A DNA stretch of 64,000 nucleotides from an uncultured Gammaproteobacteria bacterium. Its GTDB lineage: Bacteria; Patescibacteriota; Microgenomatia; 2-02-FULL-39-11. The notes below the pieces were generated by a model. The model was not told the DNA's origin. It did no database searches and saw only the letters and a program-made list of their open reading frames with translations. The stretch's first letter is position 1, and each line of letters begins with the position of its first letter. The position numbers and the translations under genes were made by a program. Shown here piece by piece: positions 30,481-40,454 of this stretch. The DNA is taken from the NCBI GenBank assembly GCA_964544585.1, contig CAZJBV010000002.1, forward strand, positions 131,468 through 195,467, given 5' to 3'.

Positions 30481-32724
30481 TTATATTCTTACCAAGGGAT
30501 TAACCGATGCTTTCTTTGGATTATAATTTACTATTAATTTTAATACTTTATTAACCTGCAGAGTAAATTTATATTCTTTCCAAGCTTCGCTTTTTCCTAA
30601 TTGATTATAACTAATTATATAATCTCCATCCTCACTAGGTGTAAATTCTAGACTGAATTTTCCAGATTTATCAGAATAATAGGTAATAATTCCTGAAGAA
30701 TCGGTCTCCAGCACCTCTCTTTTCAATGTTTTCAGAATAAATTTTCCAGGTTTGTTGCTAGTAATGCTAAATAGAGACTGAGTAGTTAGCTCGGGAAGTC
30801 TTTTTTCGTCAGCAACGGAAACTCCCTCAAGTCCCAAAAAATTTAAAATTTCTTGTATACTTTGAGTATTTTGTACCAACTGAATGTGATTGAGATTAAA
30901 AGTAAAACTGTTTGCGTCCTCTAGTTGGCTGCTCGATGTCAATACTGTTCCATCTCCTAAATCCGAATTTATTTTCTTTGTAGGTTTACCATCAACCCAA
31001 TTTCCCAACAGATTATCCATCGCGCTTGGCTTTTTTACCTCCAAATACTCTAAAGTTTTTTTCTCTATTCCAGAAATTGTCAAAACCGAAATATCATAAA
31101 AAGGCAATGAGAATTGATTATCTCGCAGCCAGGGATTTTCTCCTTCAATAAGATCGTCTTCCATTAATTGTCCATTCCACTTTATAAAATTAAATGTCGG
31201 CAGAATATCACGTATAGACGGTGATAGTGACTGTATCACCTGCCGCTTAGTTTCAAATGGATTTCCTAATCTAGTCCGGCAAAAATTAATTAGAGTATTT
31301 ACTGCTATCTTGTCGACTAAATTACTAGACCATATCTCACCATTTTCCCACAGAGGGTAGGCAAGTACCGTCCCCTGATGTGGAGTGCCCATCGTCACCA
31401 ACTTATCCACATTGTGATCTTCACCATTTTGCAGGATATAACTTCTGGCTACCAAACCACCCAAACTATGAGATACAATATCCACTTTTCCATTTGGTTG
31501 GATATTATCAATGAACTCCTTCAATTTTTGCCCGGCCGTCTCCATCGTCTGCCGCCAGTCGTATGCATAAACATAGAATTCCTCATTGAGTACCAATCCA
31601 GCATTTTGGCTCAAAGTTTGAATAATTCTATCGTAAATATCCGTATATGGAGCCATTATCCATGTATTACTTTGTGAAAGATTACAAGAAAGCAAGTCAT
31701 TTCTATTCCAACTCGCCCCCAGCCCGGGTATGAAAATGACTTTATTAGGTTTCGGCGTAGGTGTTGGCGGCAGTGGCGTAATCGGCACCCCCTCCGTCTC
31801 CTTCTCCGCATATCCGATTTGAAACTTTCCGGAAACACTGTTAAGCATACCAGTATACCAAGTTTTATCCATTCCACTCTCTCGCATTACAGTGTTACTA
31901 GCAACTCTATGATTATCAAAATCCTGATTTTGACCCTTATCAAGTACCGGATTCTCTGGATCACGGAACCAATTAATTCCATCATTAGACCAAGCGTGTC
32001 CAATTCCAGCTTCTCCCGTATACCACAATTCATAAATCCCACCATCGTAAATTGCCATAGGGCTTGTAGCTCCATTTTCCCATGAATAATTAGGATCATA
32101 AGCTAATACAGGATCTGCATTTTTATCCCAATTTATTCCATCAGTAGATGTTGCAAATCCAGTTTGCCAAATACTTCCCGAACCTCCTACAAACCACATA
32201 TAATAAGTATTCCCAAGCTTGATTACAGAGGGCGCACCAACTCCTTTATTATTCCAGTTAGCGTAAGGAACAATTACAGAGCTCGGATAAATATTCCAGC
32301 TAGTCCCATCCGACGATGTTGCATATTTTATTTCAAAACTCTGCCCATTATTAATTCGAATGTTATACCACATCTTGTACACCGAACCATCTTTTATCAC
32401 AGTTGGTTGTTCTGCATTGTTACCAAAAGAGAGTGGGTTATTAATATATTTTGTCCAAGTAATTCCATTAGATGATTCTGCATATCCTATGTACGAATTT
32501 GTCCAAGCAGAGGAATCTGTTCCTGTATACCATATTTTGTAAGTATCTCCATCTTTTATCACTGTTGGATCAGCGGCATGGTAGCTATCCCAACCAGAAG
32601 GAGAATTTGAAATTACTGGATTACTGCTCGATTTTGTCCAAGTTGCTAGGGTGTTTGAGGGAGTAAGTAAGGAAAAAGTCGAGATTAGTGCCAAGAAAAC
32701 TAAGGGCAAGATTAGTTTTCGCAT
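30481..32724 (-). CDS. Secreted two-part protein: N-terminal beta-propeller repeats (GH43/GH32/GH130-like) plus a C-terminal lipase-like alpha/beta hydrolase
   Basis: Signal peptide MRKLILPLVFLALISTFSLL. About six repeats of the form P(T/S)VIKDG-TYKMWYTG. Lipase nucleophile elbow VSHSLGGLVARSY. Confidence 0.5.
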   Translation of the reverse strand: MRKLILPLVFLALISTFSLLTPSNTLATWTKSSSNPVISNSPSGWDSYHAADPTVIKDGDTYKIWYTGTDSSAWTNSYIGYAESSNGITWTKYINNPLSFGNNAEQPTVIKDGSVYKMWYNIRINNGQSFEIKYATSSDGTSWNIYPSSVIVPYANWNNKGVGAPSVIKLGNTYYMWFVGGSGSIWQTGFATSTDGINWDKNADPVLAYDPNYSWENGATSPMAIYDGGIYELWYTGEAGIGHAWSNDGINWFRDPENPVLDKGQNQDFDNHRVASNTVMRESGMDKTWYTGMLNSVSGKFQIGYAEKETEGVPITPLPPTPTPKPNKVIFIPGLGASWNRNDLLSCNLSQSNTWIMAPYTDIYDRIIQTLSQNAGLVLNEEFYVYAYDWRQTMETAGQKLKEFIDNIQPNGKVDIVSHSLGGLVARSYILQNGEDHNVDKLVTMGTPHQGTVLAYPLWENGEIWSSNLVDKIAVNTLINFCRTRLGNPFETKRQVIQSLSPSIRDILPTFNFIKWNGQLMEDDLIEGENPWLRDNQFSLPFYDISVLTISGIEKKTLEYLEVKKPSAMDNLLGNWVDGKPTKKINSDLGDGTVLTSSSQLEDANSFTFNLNHIQLVQNTQSIQEILNFLGLEGVSVADEKRLPELTTQSLFSITSNKPGKFILKTLKREVLETDSSGIITYYSDKSGKFSLEFTPSEDGDYIISYNQLGKSEAWKEYKFTLQVNKVLKLIVNYNPKKASVNPLVRI

Positions 32725-32801
32725 AAAGAGATTAATATATTAAAAAATAAAGCAAGCAATTAGAATTGTCAATAATCTATTTGAGATGATAGAATTCATT
32801 C

Positions 32802-33674
32802 ATGCCCGAATGCAATGTATGTAAATCTACAAATATCATTGAATGGAAGAAAATCGATAAATACAAACTCCTCAAATGTAACCAATGTTTAATAATACAA
32901 ACTTTTCCTCAACTATCAGAGTCTGAACTTGAATATATTAATAATAGGTTTTACGGCAGACAACCCTTTACAAGTGTTGCTTATAACACGTCTGCAGAAT
33001 TTTTTTTTAAAAGAGGAATAAAATTTTATGAAGAAATAAAACTATTAAAAATTAAAGGTAAAAAACTATTAGATATTGGTTCTGGCTACGGATATAATCA
33101 ACTAGTCGCAAGAAATAACGGTTTAATTACCATCGGAATAGATCTCTCAAAAAATGCCGTTGAATTTGCAAGAAATATTTTTAATTTGAATGTAATCCAG
33201 GAGTCTTTCTATGCGTACAATTTTAAGAATTCGAAATTTAGTATCATCACAATGTATGATTCATTGGAGCATGTACGAAATCCAAAAGAAACAATTAAGA
33301 AGGTTAATAAACTTTTATCTGACGATGGTTATCTTATACTTCAGACGCCTAATATTGACAGTATAATGTATCTTCTAACTAAATCGAAATGGGTATGGTT
33401 ACTACTACCTTTTCATTTTTATCATTTCACGTCTGCTTCTATATCAAAAATACTTTCTGAATCAGGGTTTAGGATTGTAAAAATATATACATCGGATGAT
33501 AGGCAGGAATTTATCAAAAATATCTTATGGATAATTAAAATTAGAGAAGATGGAAAACTTAGATTTTTTTATAAACCTCTCTATATTTTTTTACATTTAC
33601 CATATTTTCTAAATTGGATTTGGAATCTATTTAATAAAGGAGGGCTACTTCATATTTATGCCCAGAAGATCTAA
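32802..33674 (+). CDS. Class I SAM-dependent methyltransferase with an N-terminal zinc-ribbon
   Basis: CNVCKS...CNQC at the N-terminus and SAM motif I LLDIGSGYGYN. Confidence 0.65.
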   Translation: MPECNVCKSTNIIEWKKIDKYKLLKCNQCLIIQTFPQLSESELEYINNRFYGRQPFTSVAYNTSAEFFFKRGIKFYEEIKLLKIKGKKLLDIGSGYGYNQLVARNNGLITIGIDLSKNAVEFARNIFNLNVIQESFYAYNFKNSKFSIITMYDSLEHVRNPKETIKKVNKLLSDDGYLILQTPNIDSIMYLLTKSKWVWLLLPFHFYHFTSASISKILSESGFRIVKIYTSDDRQEFIKNILWIIKIREDGKLRFFYKPLYIFLHLPYFLNWIWNLFNKGGLLHIYAQKI

Positions 33675-34500
33675 GATTACCGCCATTATTCTTACCCTCA
33701 ACGAAGAAAAAAATATTGCAGACTGTTTGAAGTCGGTGAAGTGGGTTGATGAGATTGTGGTAGTAGACTCGGGCAGTACAGACAAAACCATCGAGATAGC
33801 AAAAGAATATACAGATAAAATTTATTATCACAAATTTGAAAGCGATTTTTCAAAACAGAGAAATTTTGCCATCACCAAAGCAAAAGGGGAGTGGATACTA
33901 TTCTTAGACGCCGACGAGACTTTGCCAAAAGGCTCGGAAGAGAAAATAAAAGAACTCATTGCCAATACACCTTCCAGGAGTCCCTGCCTGCCGGCAGGCA
34001 GGCATTCCGGCCATCTGGAAGGTGAAACGATCGAAGGCTTTTGGTTTCCTCGTCGAAACTACATCAATAAAGCTAGGTACTTAAAACATGGATTATTTTA
34101 TCCTGATTGGCAATTAAGATTGTTAAGATACACAAAAGGCTTGCAATTTATTGGTAGCATCCACGAGCAGCCGGATATTTCTCATGATAAAACACAAAAA
34201 GTGAAAGATGTAGAAATATTCCACAACTCCTCTCGGACAAAATATGATTCCTTTTTTTCATTTTACCGCCTTTTTCCATTTATTAAAGCCGACGGGCAAA
34301 AATTAGCATCTTCATCTACTTCAACTACCCAGATTTTCTTATCTTCTTTTTCTACTTTTTTTCTGGAACTCTGGTGGAATCTGGTAAGAAGACAAGGACA
34401 TAAAGATGGATGGCCTGGAATTAGAGGTACTTTAATTTGGGCCTTGTACAAGGAACTTTCCGTGATTTACGCCCTCGTATCTCGTATAATAAAGAGGTGA
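33658..34500 (+). CDS. Family 2 glycosyltransferase carrying a palindromic-element insertion
   Basis: ITAIILTLNEEKNI...VVVDSGSTDKT GT2 N-terminus and the DADE motif. Element at 33968-34024 encodes PSRSPCLPAGRHSGHLEGE in frame. Confidence 0.75.
   Translation: MPRRSKITAIILTLNEEKNIADCLKSVKWVDEIVVVDSGSTDKTIEIAKEYTDKIYYHKFESDFSKQRNFAITKAKGEWILFLDADETLPKGSEEKIKELIANTPSRSPCLPAGRHSGHLEGETIEGFWFPRRNYINKARYLKHGLFYPDWQLRLLRYTKGLQFIGSIHEQPDISHDKTQKVKDVEIFHNSSRTKYDSFFSFYRLFPFIKADGQKLASSSTSTTQIFLSSFSTFFLELWWNLVRRQGHKDGWPGIRGTLIWALYKELSVIYALVSRIIKR
33968..34024. repeat. GC-rich palindromic element (variant arms) inside the GT2 gene
   Basis: acaccttccagg-agtc-cctgcctgccggcaggcagg-cattccggccat-ctggaaggtg. 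10-bp outer stem plus the cctgccggcagg core. Confidence 0.7.
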
Positions 34501-35630
34501 AAATCGCAGTCTTTTTTAATCTTCCCTCCGGAGGCGCCAAACGCGTTTTGTATGGACAAATAAAGCGACTATCAAAAAAGCATTTCGTAGATATATATAC
34601 TCTTTCAGGAGCCAATCACGAATTCTGCGATTTACGCAAGCTTGTGAAGAATTATTATATTGAGAAAATCTCCGCTGAATCTTTCATTGATTATATCCAT
34701 TATGTATATATAAAACTCCCTAAATTAGAAGAGAAAATTGCTCAAAAAATTGATAAGAAAAAATACGATGCTGTATTAGTCCATCCAGATTTCTACACGC
34801 AAGCGCCATACATTTTAAGATATTTAAAAACTCCATCGCTATATTACTGTCATGAAGTCCGTAGAGAGTTCTATGAAAATATCCCCCGGATTTCCAAATT
34901 CTTCACCTATTATGCCACTCTTCCTTTACGTTACCCCATAAAATTCATCGATCGATACAACATAAAAAAGGCAAATAAAATACTCGTAAATTCTCAATTT
35001 AGCCAAAAATTAGTGAAAAAATATTATGGTCTCGAATCAGAAGTAAATTATCCCGCAATTGACAACCAGAAATTCAAAAAAATATTAATTAAAAAAGAAA
35101 ATTTTATTCTTTCGGTAGGAGGATTTAATCTTCTCAAGGGTCATGATTTTATCATAAAAAGTCTTGCCCTTATTCCCGAAAAAATTCGCCCAAAGTACGT
35201 CATTGTCGGAAACGGGGGAGAGGATAAGAAATATTTACTAGAACTTGCCCAAAATAAAAAAGTAAAGCTCGAATTACACGAAAATGTCTCCGATTCAGAA
35301 TTGGTGAGTTGGTACAACAGGACAAAACTTTTTGTCTACGCCGCCCGAAATGAACCATTTGGCCTTGCTCCCCTCGAAGCATTATCTTACCACTTACCAA
35401 TTATTGCTGTTGAAGAGGGAGGAGTAACAGAAATACTCAAAGGTATAAAATTAGCCCAGCTTGTCGGTAGAAACGAAATAGAAATGAGTAATAAAATTAT
35501 CCAAATGTTGAAAACCAATTTCACACCCGAAGATTTTGAAAAAACAAACCAAATATTACACAAACGCCTTAATTGGGAAAAATCAGTTCATGAATTAGAT
35601 AATCATTTACAAAGTTTATGCCAAAAATAG
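34497..35630 (+). CDS. Family 1 (GT4-type) glycosyltransferase
   Basis: EPFGLAPLEALS motif. Probable GTG start at 34497 preceded by aagagg. The ORF-track start at 34437 would overlap the upstream gene by 64 nt. Confidence 0.7.
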   Translation: MKIAVFFNLPSGGAKRVLYGQIKRLSKKHFVDIYTLSGANHEFCDLRKLVKNYYIEKISAESFIDYIHYVYIKLPKLEEKIAQKIDKKKYDAVLVHPDFYTQAPYILRYLKTPSLYYCHEVRREFYENIPRISKFFTYYATLPLRYPIKFIDRYNIKKANKILVNSQFSQKLVKKYYGLESEVNYPAIDNQKFKKILIKKENFILSVGGFNLLKGHDFIIKSLALIPEKIRPKYVIVGNGGEDKKYLLELAQNKKVKLELHENVSDSELVSWYNRTKLFVYAARNEPFGLAPLEALSYHLPIIAVEEGGVTEILKGIKLAQLVGRNEIEMSNKIIQMLKTNFTPEDFEKTNQILHKRLNWEKSVHELDNHLQSLCQK

Positions 35631-36763
35631 CCCTGATTCGCGGACGCTACTTGAATGCATATGAAATGCAAACCTACGAAGAACTTGTGGCATTATATCA
35701 AATCACAGCATTTGGATCACTTACTGCTTTCCATAAAAACTTCATCTTCCCAGTAAAATTACTCCCAAGTCCCATCGATATCATCTCCCTGACTCACAAA
35801 ATAGGCATACCAGACAAATACATCCACGGAATTTTAAATAGATTATTGGTCGATGATCATTATCTTTTTGGCCTCATCGACCAACTCAAAGGATTTGATA
35901 TCGCTCATACTGCCGAAACATATTTTCACTTTACTCACCAATGCCTGAGTGCCAAGAAAAAAGGATATGTAAAAAAGGTAGTAGCCACAGTCTGGGAAAA
36001 TATTCCTTTTAATAACGAAGGCGTAAAAGGCAGAAAAGAGTTCAAATCTCAGGCACAAAAAGAAATAGACCACTTTATAGCCGTTTCCCTCAAAGCAAAG
36101 AAAGCTCTAGTCCAAGAAGGATGTGATGAGAAAAAAATTTCAGTAATACCAGTTGGAATTGACACACACCGCTTCCATCCCAGAAACAAAAATTCAAATA
36201 AAAAATTATGCATTTTATTCTCCGGCAGACTTGAAAGTGAAAAAGGGGTATTTGATGTAATTGATGCTATCGACCACCTTGCCAATCGATATCATTGGAT
36301 CCCAGATAGACTCGAGGCAATATTAGCTGGAAAAGGATCAGAGGAAAAACGTCTAAAAGACATGATTTTAAAAAGAAACATTTCCGACTTTTTTAACATT
36401 AGCCATTATCCTTATAGCCAAATGCCTTCTATATATCAGATAGCGGATATCTTTATCGCGCCAAGCCACAAAACTAAATATTGGCAGGAACAATTTGGGA
36501 TGGTATTTCTAGAGGCAATGGCATCGGGTCTACCTATAATTACTACAGATACAGGAAGTATCAAAGAGGTGACGGGAGATGCCGCAATTTATGTACCAGT
36601 TGGGAGGATAGAAGTGCTTTCTGATATACTTCAATCATTGCTCATAAATAGTCAAAAACGACTCGATTTAGGAAAAAAAGCAAGGGTAAGAGCATTGAAA
36701 TATTTTAATAGAAACTTAATCGCCGGTAAAATAGATAAACTTTATCAACAAGTAAATAAATGA
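35618..36763 (+). CDS. Family 1 (GT4-type) glycosyltransferase
   Basis: EQFGMVFLEAMASGLPIITTDTGS. Confidence 0.75.
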   Translation: MPKIALIRGRYLNAYEMQTYEELVALYQITAFGSLTAFHKNFIFPVKLLPSPIDIISLTHKIGIPDKYIHGILNRLLVDDHYLFGLIDQLKGFDIAHTAETYFHFTHQCLSAKKKGYVKKVVATVWENIPFNNEGVKGRKEFKSQAQKEIDHFIAVSLKAKKALVQEGCDEKKISVIPVGIDTHRFHPRNKNSNKKLCILFSGRLESEKGVFDVIDAIDHLANRYHWIPDRLEAILAGKGSEEKRLKDMILKRNISDFFNISHYPYSQMPSIYQIADIFIAPSHKTKYWQEQFGMVFLEAMASGLPIITTDTGSIKEVTGDAAIYVPVGRIEVLSDILQSLLINSQKRLDLGKKARVRALKYFNRNLIAGKIDKLYQQVNK

Positions 36764-37695
36764 ATAAAATATTTATTATCATACCCACTTATAACGGCTT
36801 GAAAGACACATTTGAATGTCTCAAAACAATTTCTAAACTAAATTATAATAACCAAGAAATAAAAACAGTTATTGTCGATAACGCCTCAACTGACAAAACT
36901 CCTGAATTCCTGGAGAAAGAAAAATCAAAATATAATCTCCGCAAAATCTTCAAAAACAATAAAAATCTCGGCTTTGCCAAAGCCTGCAATATAGGCATAA
37001 AGTATGCCTTAGAAAATAATGCAGACTACATCCTCCTCTTAAATAGCGACGTGGTAATAGATCAAAACTTCCTTCCATCTCTGATAGATTCTGATTTAGA
37101 CATCATCAGCCCCGTAGTACAATTTCCCCTCGATCCTGATGGAAAAGATTATCGCTACGATTATGGTGGATACGTCAATTGGTGGACAGGCCGCACATAT
37201 CACGACGACAGAAAAGTTTTTTCCAAAAGACATCGAGGCACCTCGGACGTAAAGACACCTCCGAGGTGGCCCGCCCGCCTGCCGGCAGGCAGGGAAGGGA
37301 CTCCTCGGACGGTGGAGGGAGCAGGAAAACCGGAATATATTCCCGTTGACTATATGTCCGGCTGCAGTTTACTCATCAAAGCAGAAGTTTTTAGAAAAAT
37401 CGGCCTTTTTGATGAAAAATTTTTTATGTATTTCGAAGACGTCGACTTCTGCGTCAGGGCCAAAAAGGCCGGTTTTAGAGTCGCGGTGGATCCGCAATCC
37501 CTCATATTCCACAAGCTCGGCGGATCGATCAAACGCTGGTCAACAAAGGCAATTTACTATAATATCTCCAGTAATGCCATTTTTATCCTCAAATACTGCG
37601 GCATAAAAACCCCAATTGCTCTGGGATATCTTTCACTTCTCACCGCCAAAATTATAATGGATAAGATTTTATATAAACTAGACGCTAGACGCTGA
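36760..37695 (+). CDS. Family 2 glycosyltransferase carrying a large palindromic-element insertion
   Basis: IIIPTYNGLKDTFECL...VIVDNASTD and the DxD motif. Element at 37238-37318 encodes [27 protein letters not shown] in frame. Confidence 0.75.
   Translation: MNKIFIIIPTYNGLKDTFECLKTISKLNYNNQEIKTVIVDNASTDKTPEFLEKEKSKYNLRKIFKNNKNLGFAKACNIGIKYALENNADYILLLNSDVVIDQNFLPSLIDSDLDIISPVVQFPLDPDGKDYRYDYGGYVNWWTGRTYHDDRKVFSKRHRGTSDVKTPPRWPARLPAGREGTPRTVEGAGKPEYIPVDYMSGCSLLIKAEVFRKIGLFDEKFFMYFEDVDFCVRAKKAGFRVAVDPQSLIFHKLGGSIKRWSTKAIYYNISSNAIFILKYCGIKTPIALGYLSLLTAKIIMDKILYKLDARR
37238..37318. repeat. GC-rich palindromic element, long form
   Basis: cacctcggacg-taaa-gacacctccgaggtgg-cccgcccg-cctgccggcagg-cagggaaggga-ctcctcggacggtgg. 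Confidence 0.85.
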
Positions 37696-37712
37696 TAAAC
37701 TAGACGCTAATT

Positions 37713-38462
37713 ATGATTTCCGCTGTAATCCTGACCAATAATTCTGCCAAATATCTTGAGAAATGTTTATCTTCGCTTTCTTTTTGTAGTGAAAAAATAG
37801 TTATTGACGATGAATCTACAGACGACACACTAAAAATCGCCAAAGATTTAGGAGCTATAGTATTTAATAGAAAACTAAATGGTAATTTTGCCGACCAAAG
37901 AAACTTTGGTTTGACAAATGCTACCCCCCCATGGGTACTTTTTATAGACAGCGATGAACTGGTATCAAAGGAATTATCAGAAGAAATCAAGGAGGCCATT
38001 AAATCCAACCAATACAATGGCTATTTCATCCCCCGTCTCGATATTTTTGACGGAAAGATTTTAAAATTCGGAGAAACCGGCAATATAAAACTTCTAAGAC
38101 TAGCAAAAAAGGATGTGGGAAGATGGGAGCGAAAAATCCACGAAACTTGGCACATCAAAGGCCCAATTGGTGAATTAAAAAGCCCAATATTACATTACCC
38201 ACATCCCACAGTCAGAGAATTTCTTTCTGAAATAAATGACTATTCCACCCTCCACGCCCAAGAATTAAGAAAAGAAGGAAAAATGGCAAATGTATTTACC
38301 ATCATTTTCTATCCAACTTTGAAATTTATTCAAAATTATTTTCTCAAATTTGGGTTTCTCGATGGTGTCCCAGGGTTTATATATGCCGCCATGATGAGTT
38401 TTCATTCCTTTCTTTCCCAGACAAAACTATGGCAAATACAAAACCCACAGCCCAAAATATAA
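37713..38462 (+). CDS. Family 2 glycosyltransferase
   Basis: ISAVILTNNSAKYL...VIDDESTDDT and DSDE. Confidence 0.75.
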   Translation: MISAVILTNNSAKYLEKCLSSLSFCSEKIVIDDESTDDTLKIAKDLGAIVFNRKLNGNFADQRNFGLTNATPPWVLFIDSDELVSKELSEEIKEAIKSNQYNGYFIPRLDIFDGKILKFGETGNIKLLRLAKKDVGRWERKIHETWHIKGPIGELKSPILHYPHPTVREFLSEINDYSTLHAQELRKEGKMANVFTIIFYPTLKFIQNYFLKFGFLDGVPGFIYAAMMSFHSFLSQTKLWQIQNPQPKI

Positions 38463-39661
38463 TAATTCTTTATTATTTATTATTAGCTATCCTCATTCTA
38501 TTTCCATTTGGCCAATTGACTCAAATCCCCTTTTTCCCCGGTCCGCGTGTCTATTTACACGACATTCTAGTAGGTTTAGTCTGGGTTTTTTTACTCTTTC
38601 ACTATCAGCAAATCAAAAATATAAGTAAAAATATACTTTTTTTCCCTTCAATATTATTTATATTTATTGCACTTTTATCCCTTATCATTTCTCTTTTATC
38701 AATTCCCGGGCGCGAGGTATTTGTAGGAAGCCTCTATCTTCTTCGCTGGATAGGATATTTGACAGTTGCGCTCGCAACGATTTTAGTTGTCAAAAGAAAA
38801 CCCGAATTCAAACAAAAAATCATTAAAACATTAATTTTTACTGGATCTGCAGCCTCCATTTTTGGCTTGGCCCAATATATCTTTTATCCAGACCTTAGAA
38901 ACCTCTATTATCTCGGATGGGATCCCCATTATCTGCGCGTCTTCGGCACTTTTTTTGACCCAAATTTCTTAGGATTAGTCATAGTCTTAACCATTATCAT
39001 GACGATTACTTCTCTAAATAATTCATGGCTCAAATATTCTCTTTTTTTCCTCAACACCCTCACCCTGGCCCTCACCTATTCCAGAAGTAGTTTTATTGCT
39101 CTTGCAGGATCTCTAATTTCACTTTTTTTCTACCGCAAATTTAATAAAACCATAGTTTTTATATTTATCATAGGACTCGTTACTCTTCTTTTTCTTCCCA
39201 AAGGACCCCAAAGCGAAGGAATCCAATTGGAAAGAATGGCTTCAGTTGAGGGCAGAGTGGAAAGCATCAATAAAGGAATAAGTTTATTTTTCAAGTCTCC
39301 TCTTTTTGGTGTAGGTTTTAATAATTTGAGGTCCTATCAAAAAATTCACCCTCAAGACTTTCGCGGAGATACAATTCCCGAAAATGCGGCCGGAGGTATA
39401 GAAAATAGTTTTATTTTTCTCTTGGCTACCACCGGCATCGCCGGATTTACCGCCTACATGATTTTATTGGTTGGTATGTTTATGGTGGGGGATCGTATCC
39501 TCAAAATCTCTCTTATCGCCATCCTCGTCCACAGTCTCTTTAATAATTCTCTTTTCTATCCCTGGGTAATGCTTTGGATTTGGATTCTAGTTGGAGTAAG
39601 TTCAAAACAAGACGCTAGACCTGCCCGCAATGCTACGCATAGCGTTGCAGGCGGGCGCTAA
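38429..39661 (+). CDS. O-antigen ligase/polymerase-like (Wzy/WaaL-type) polytopic membrane protein
   Basis: About 10 TM helices with a large loop. Placement at the end of the glycosyltransferase cluster. Confidence 0.45.
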   Translation: MANTKPTAQNIIILYYLLLAILILFPFGQLTQIPFFPGPRVYLHDILVGLVWVFLLFHYQQIKNISKNILFFPSILFIFIALLSLIISLLSIPGREVFVGSLYLLRWIGYLTVALATILVVKRKPEFKQKIIKTLIFTGSAASIFGLAQYIFYPDLRNLYYLGWDPHYLRVFGTFFDPNFLGLVIVLTIIMTITSLNNSWLKYSLFFLNTLTLALTYSRSSFIALAGSLISLFFYRKFNKTIVFIFIIGLVTLLFLPKGPQSEGIQLERMASVEGRVESINKGISLFFKSPLFGVGFNNLRSYQKIHPQDFRGDTIPENAAGGIENSFIFLLATTGIAGFTAYMILLVGMFMVGDRILKISLIAILVHSLFNNSLFYPWVMLWIWILVGVSSKQDARPARNATHSVAGGR

Positions 39662-39676
39662 CCAACTGGACGCCTA

Positions 39677-40387
39677 TTACGGTCGGTATTTCACTTTCCT
39701 CTCGATCTTAGACTGATTTCCGGCTACATCTGTTGCGATTATATTAAGAGTTGTCTCGCCTTCAGATAATTGCATTGAAAACTCAAAGCTTCCATCATCG
39801 TTTACGCGTACAAATCGATCATTTATATTGACCTCTACATCTGGATCAGTGGTTCCTTTTATCAATACCTCACGCTCATCTCCGACAAATTCTTTACTAT
39901 CTGATGGCTCACTAATTTCCAGTTTTGGCGGAGTTTTCTTGTAAATAATCCTCAAGACCGAAGAGGACGGACTCTCTTTTTTATCGCGAATAGCTTTAGC
40001 ACTTATCCTATTTTCTCCCTCCGAGAGTTTCACATCAGAAAAAATAAACTTACCATCTTTCCCCACCAAAACTTCTAAAACATCAGTCTCAGTTGCGATC
40101 TCCACAGTTTCTCCCTCATTAGCGTACCCTGATACTGAAATAGCGGCTGAATTTGTAGCTTCGGCAATAGCATCAAGTCTTGGAGCTACTAAAACCAATC
40201 TCTTGCTTTCCTCCTCTTTATTCGTTCCACTTGACGGCGCTAGCATAAGACTAAGACGGGTAAAAAGTTGGATACCAAAAATGGCAAAAAATCCCACCAA
40301 TAGAATCAAAATTCCTAAGTATAAATAAAAATTTCGTTTCTCTCGTTTTCGGCTCACTCGATCCAAATGAGAATACCGCCTCCCCAT
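39677..40387 (-). CDS. Membrane-anchored protein with two Ig-like beta-sandwich repeats
   Basis: N-terminal TM segment and two repeats of about 80 aa (…GETVEIATETD… / …GETTLNIIATDVAGN…). Confidence 0.35.
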   Translation of the reverse strand: MGRRYSHLDRVSRKREKRNFYLYLGILILLVGFFAIFGIQLFTRLSLMLAPSSGTNKEEESKRLVLVAPRLDAIAEATNSAAISVSGYANEGETVEIATETDVLEVLVGKDGKFIFSDVKLSEGENRISAKAIRDKKESPSSSVLRIIYKKTPPKLEISEPSDSKEFVGDEREVLIKGTTDPDVEVNINDRFVRVNDDGSFEFSMQLSEGETTLNIIATDVAGNQSKIERKVKYRP

Positions 40388-40454
40388 AATATATTAAGTA
40401 TATCAAAGAACTAATTTCTTGACATATATAGGAAAAGTCTAGTAGTGTATATAT

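Noticed and set aside
37346-37606. ORFs 37346-37606 (plus) and 37350-37532 (minus) inside the GT2 gene
   Set aside because: Alternate-frame or antisense overlap of the glycosyltransferase ORF. Partly generated by the GC-rich element lacking stops.
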